Part shown: in pieces, positions 63,719-64,000 of the stretch
How positions within the stretch are numbered: position 1 is the stretch's first letter
Layout of the letters: each line of letters begins with the position of its first letter
Source of the DNA: a virus
Virus record (IMG/VR): IMGVR_UViG_2918493637_000007
Strand: one strand, 5' to 3'
Length of the DNA: 64,000 nt
The notes under the pieces: generated by a model
The model's database searches: none
What the model was told of the DNA's origin: nothing
The model's input: the letters and a program-made list of their open reading frames with translations, nothing else
Program-made: the position numbers and the translations under genes

Positions 63719-64000
63719 TCAGATGCCAAACTCGGTAAGGAAGCCCATGAAGGCCTCAGCACCCTTCTTGCCGGTCTCGGCCTCGATCCGGGCCATGAAC
63801 GCCTTCACGCGCCGGCCGTCGGCCACCGAGACCTTGGTGAAGCCGAACACCTCGGCGAGCCGGGCCGGCGCCTCGTCGACGGCGGCCGCCTTGGCGTCGT
63901 TCTCGGTCTTCTGCTCCTCGACGGCCTCGCCGATGTCCTCGACGAAGGCGTCCTCGAGCATCTCGCCCGGGTCCTCGACCAGGAAGTCGAGCTCCTTCTC
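63719..64000 (-). CDS. C-terminal part of a gene entering from the right edge (possibly ParB-like)
   Basis: Frame is open to the window end (EKELDFLVEDPGEMLEDAF...); the ParB assignment is inferred only from context. Confidence 0.45.
   Translation of the reverse strand, partial: EKELDFLVEDPGEMLEDAFVEDIGEAVEEQKTENDAKAAAVDEAPARLAEVFGFTKVSVADGRRVKAFMARIEAETGKKGAEAFMGFLTEFGI

Larger units (their letters stand above)
1..64000 (-). mobile_element. Temperate siphovirus-like phage-plasmid (SSU5/pHCM2-like gene content, RepC replicon); both ends lie outside the window
   Basis: Complete head-tail-lysis gene set together with RepC, DnaE, DnaB, primase, RecA, ligase, CobS/CobT and PhoH. No host housekeeping genes and no integrase in the window. 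Confidence 0.9.

Overview
The whole 64 kb window is the interior of a large, very GC-rich temperate siphovirus-like element. Its gene content and order resemble the SSU5/pHCM2-type phage-plasmids, but it carries an alphaproteobacterial RepC replicon. Almost all genes are on the minus strand. The left half holds recombination and replication genes: RecA/UvsX (truncated), 5'-3' exonuclease, SSB, UvsY-like, DnaE with a C-terminal UDG-like domain, a sigma70-region-2 protein, CobS/CobT-like MoxR-vWA pair, divergent XRE regulators, RHH + RepC with a counter-transcribed RNA, a two-methyltransferase moron, ligase, WGR protein, primase, DnaB, an Hfq/Sm-like protein, PhoH and three free-standing HNH endonucleases. 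The right half holds tail fibre, lysis cassette, lambda-like tail tip (J,I,K,L,M), tape measure, G/GT chaperones with a -1 frameshift, tail tube, head genes, portal, terminase, and a GNAT + ABC-ATPase module. The most striking signals are non-coding: (i) about 28 copies of a 16-bp palindromic operator AAGTCAG-NN-CTGACTT in most intergenic regions; (ii) a second motif CCRAC-N9-CTATA found only upstream of replication operons, a candidate promoter class for the phage sigma factor; (iii) a ~350-nt highly structured plus-strand RNA carrying a perfect anti-Shine-Dalgarno, in a genome that also encodes its own Hfq-like protein; (iv) two ~70-bp inverted-repeat elements with shared arms and AT-rich cores, upstream of the terminase and of the tail-fibre cluster. 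All protein-family calls come from motifs recognised by eye, not from database searches.
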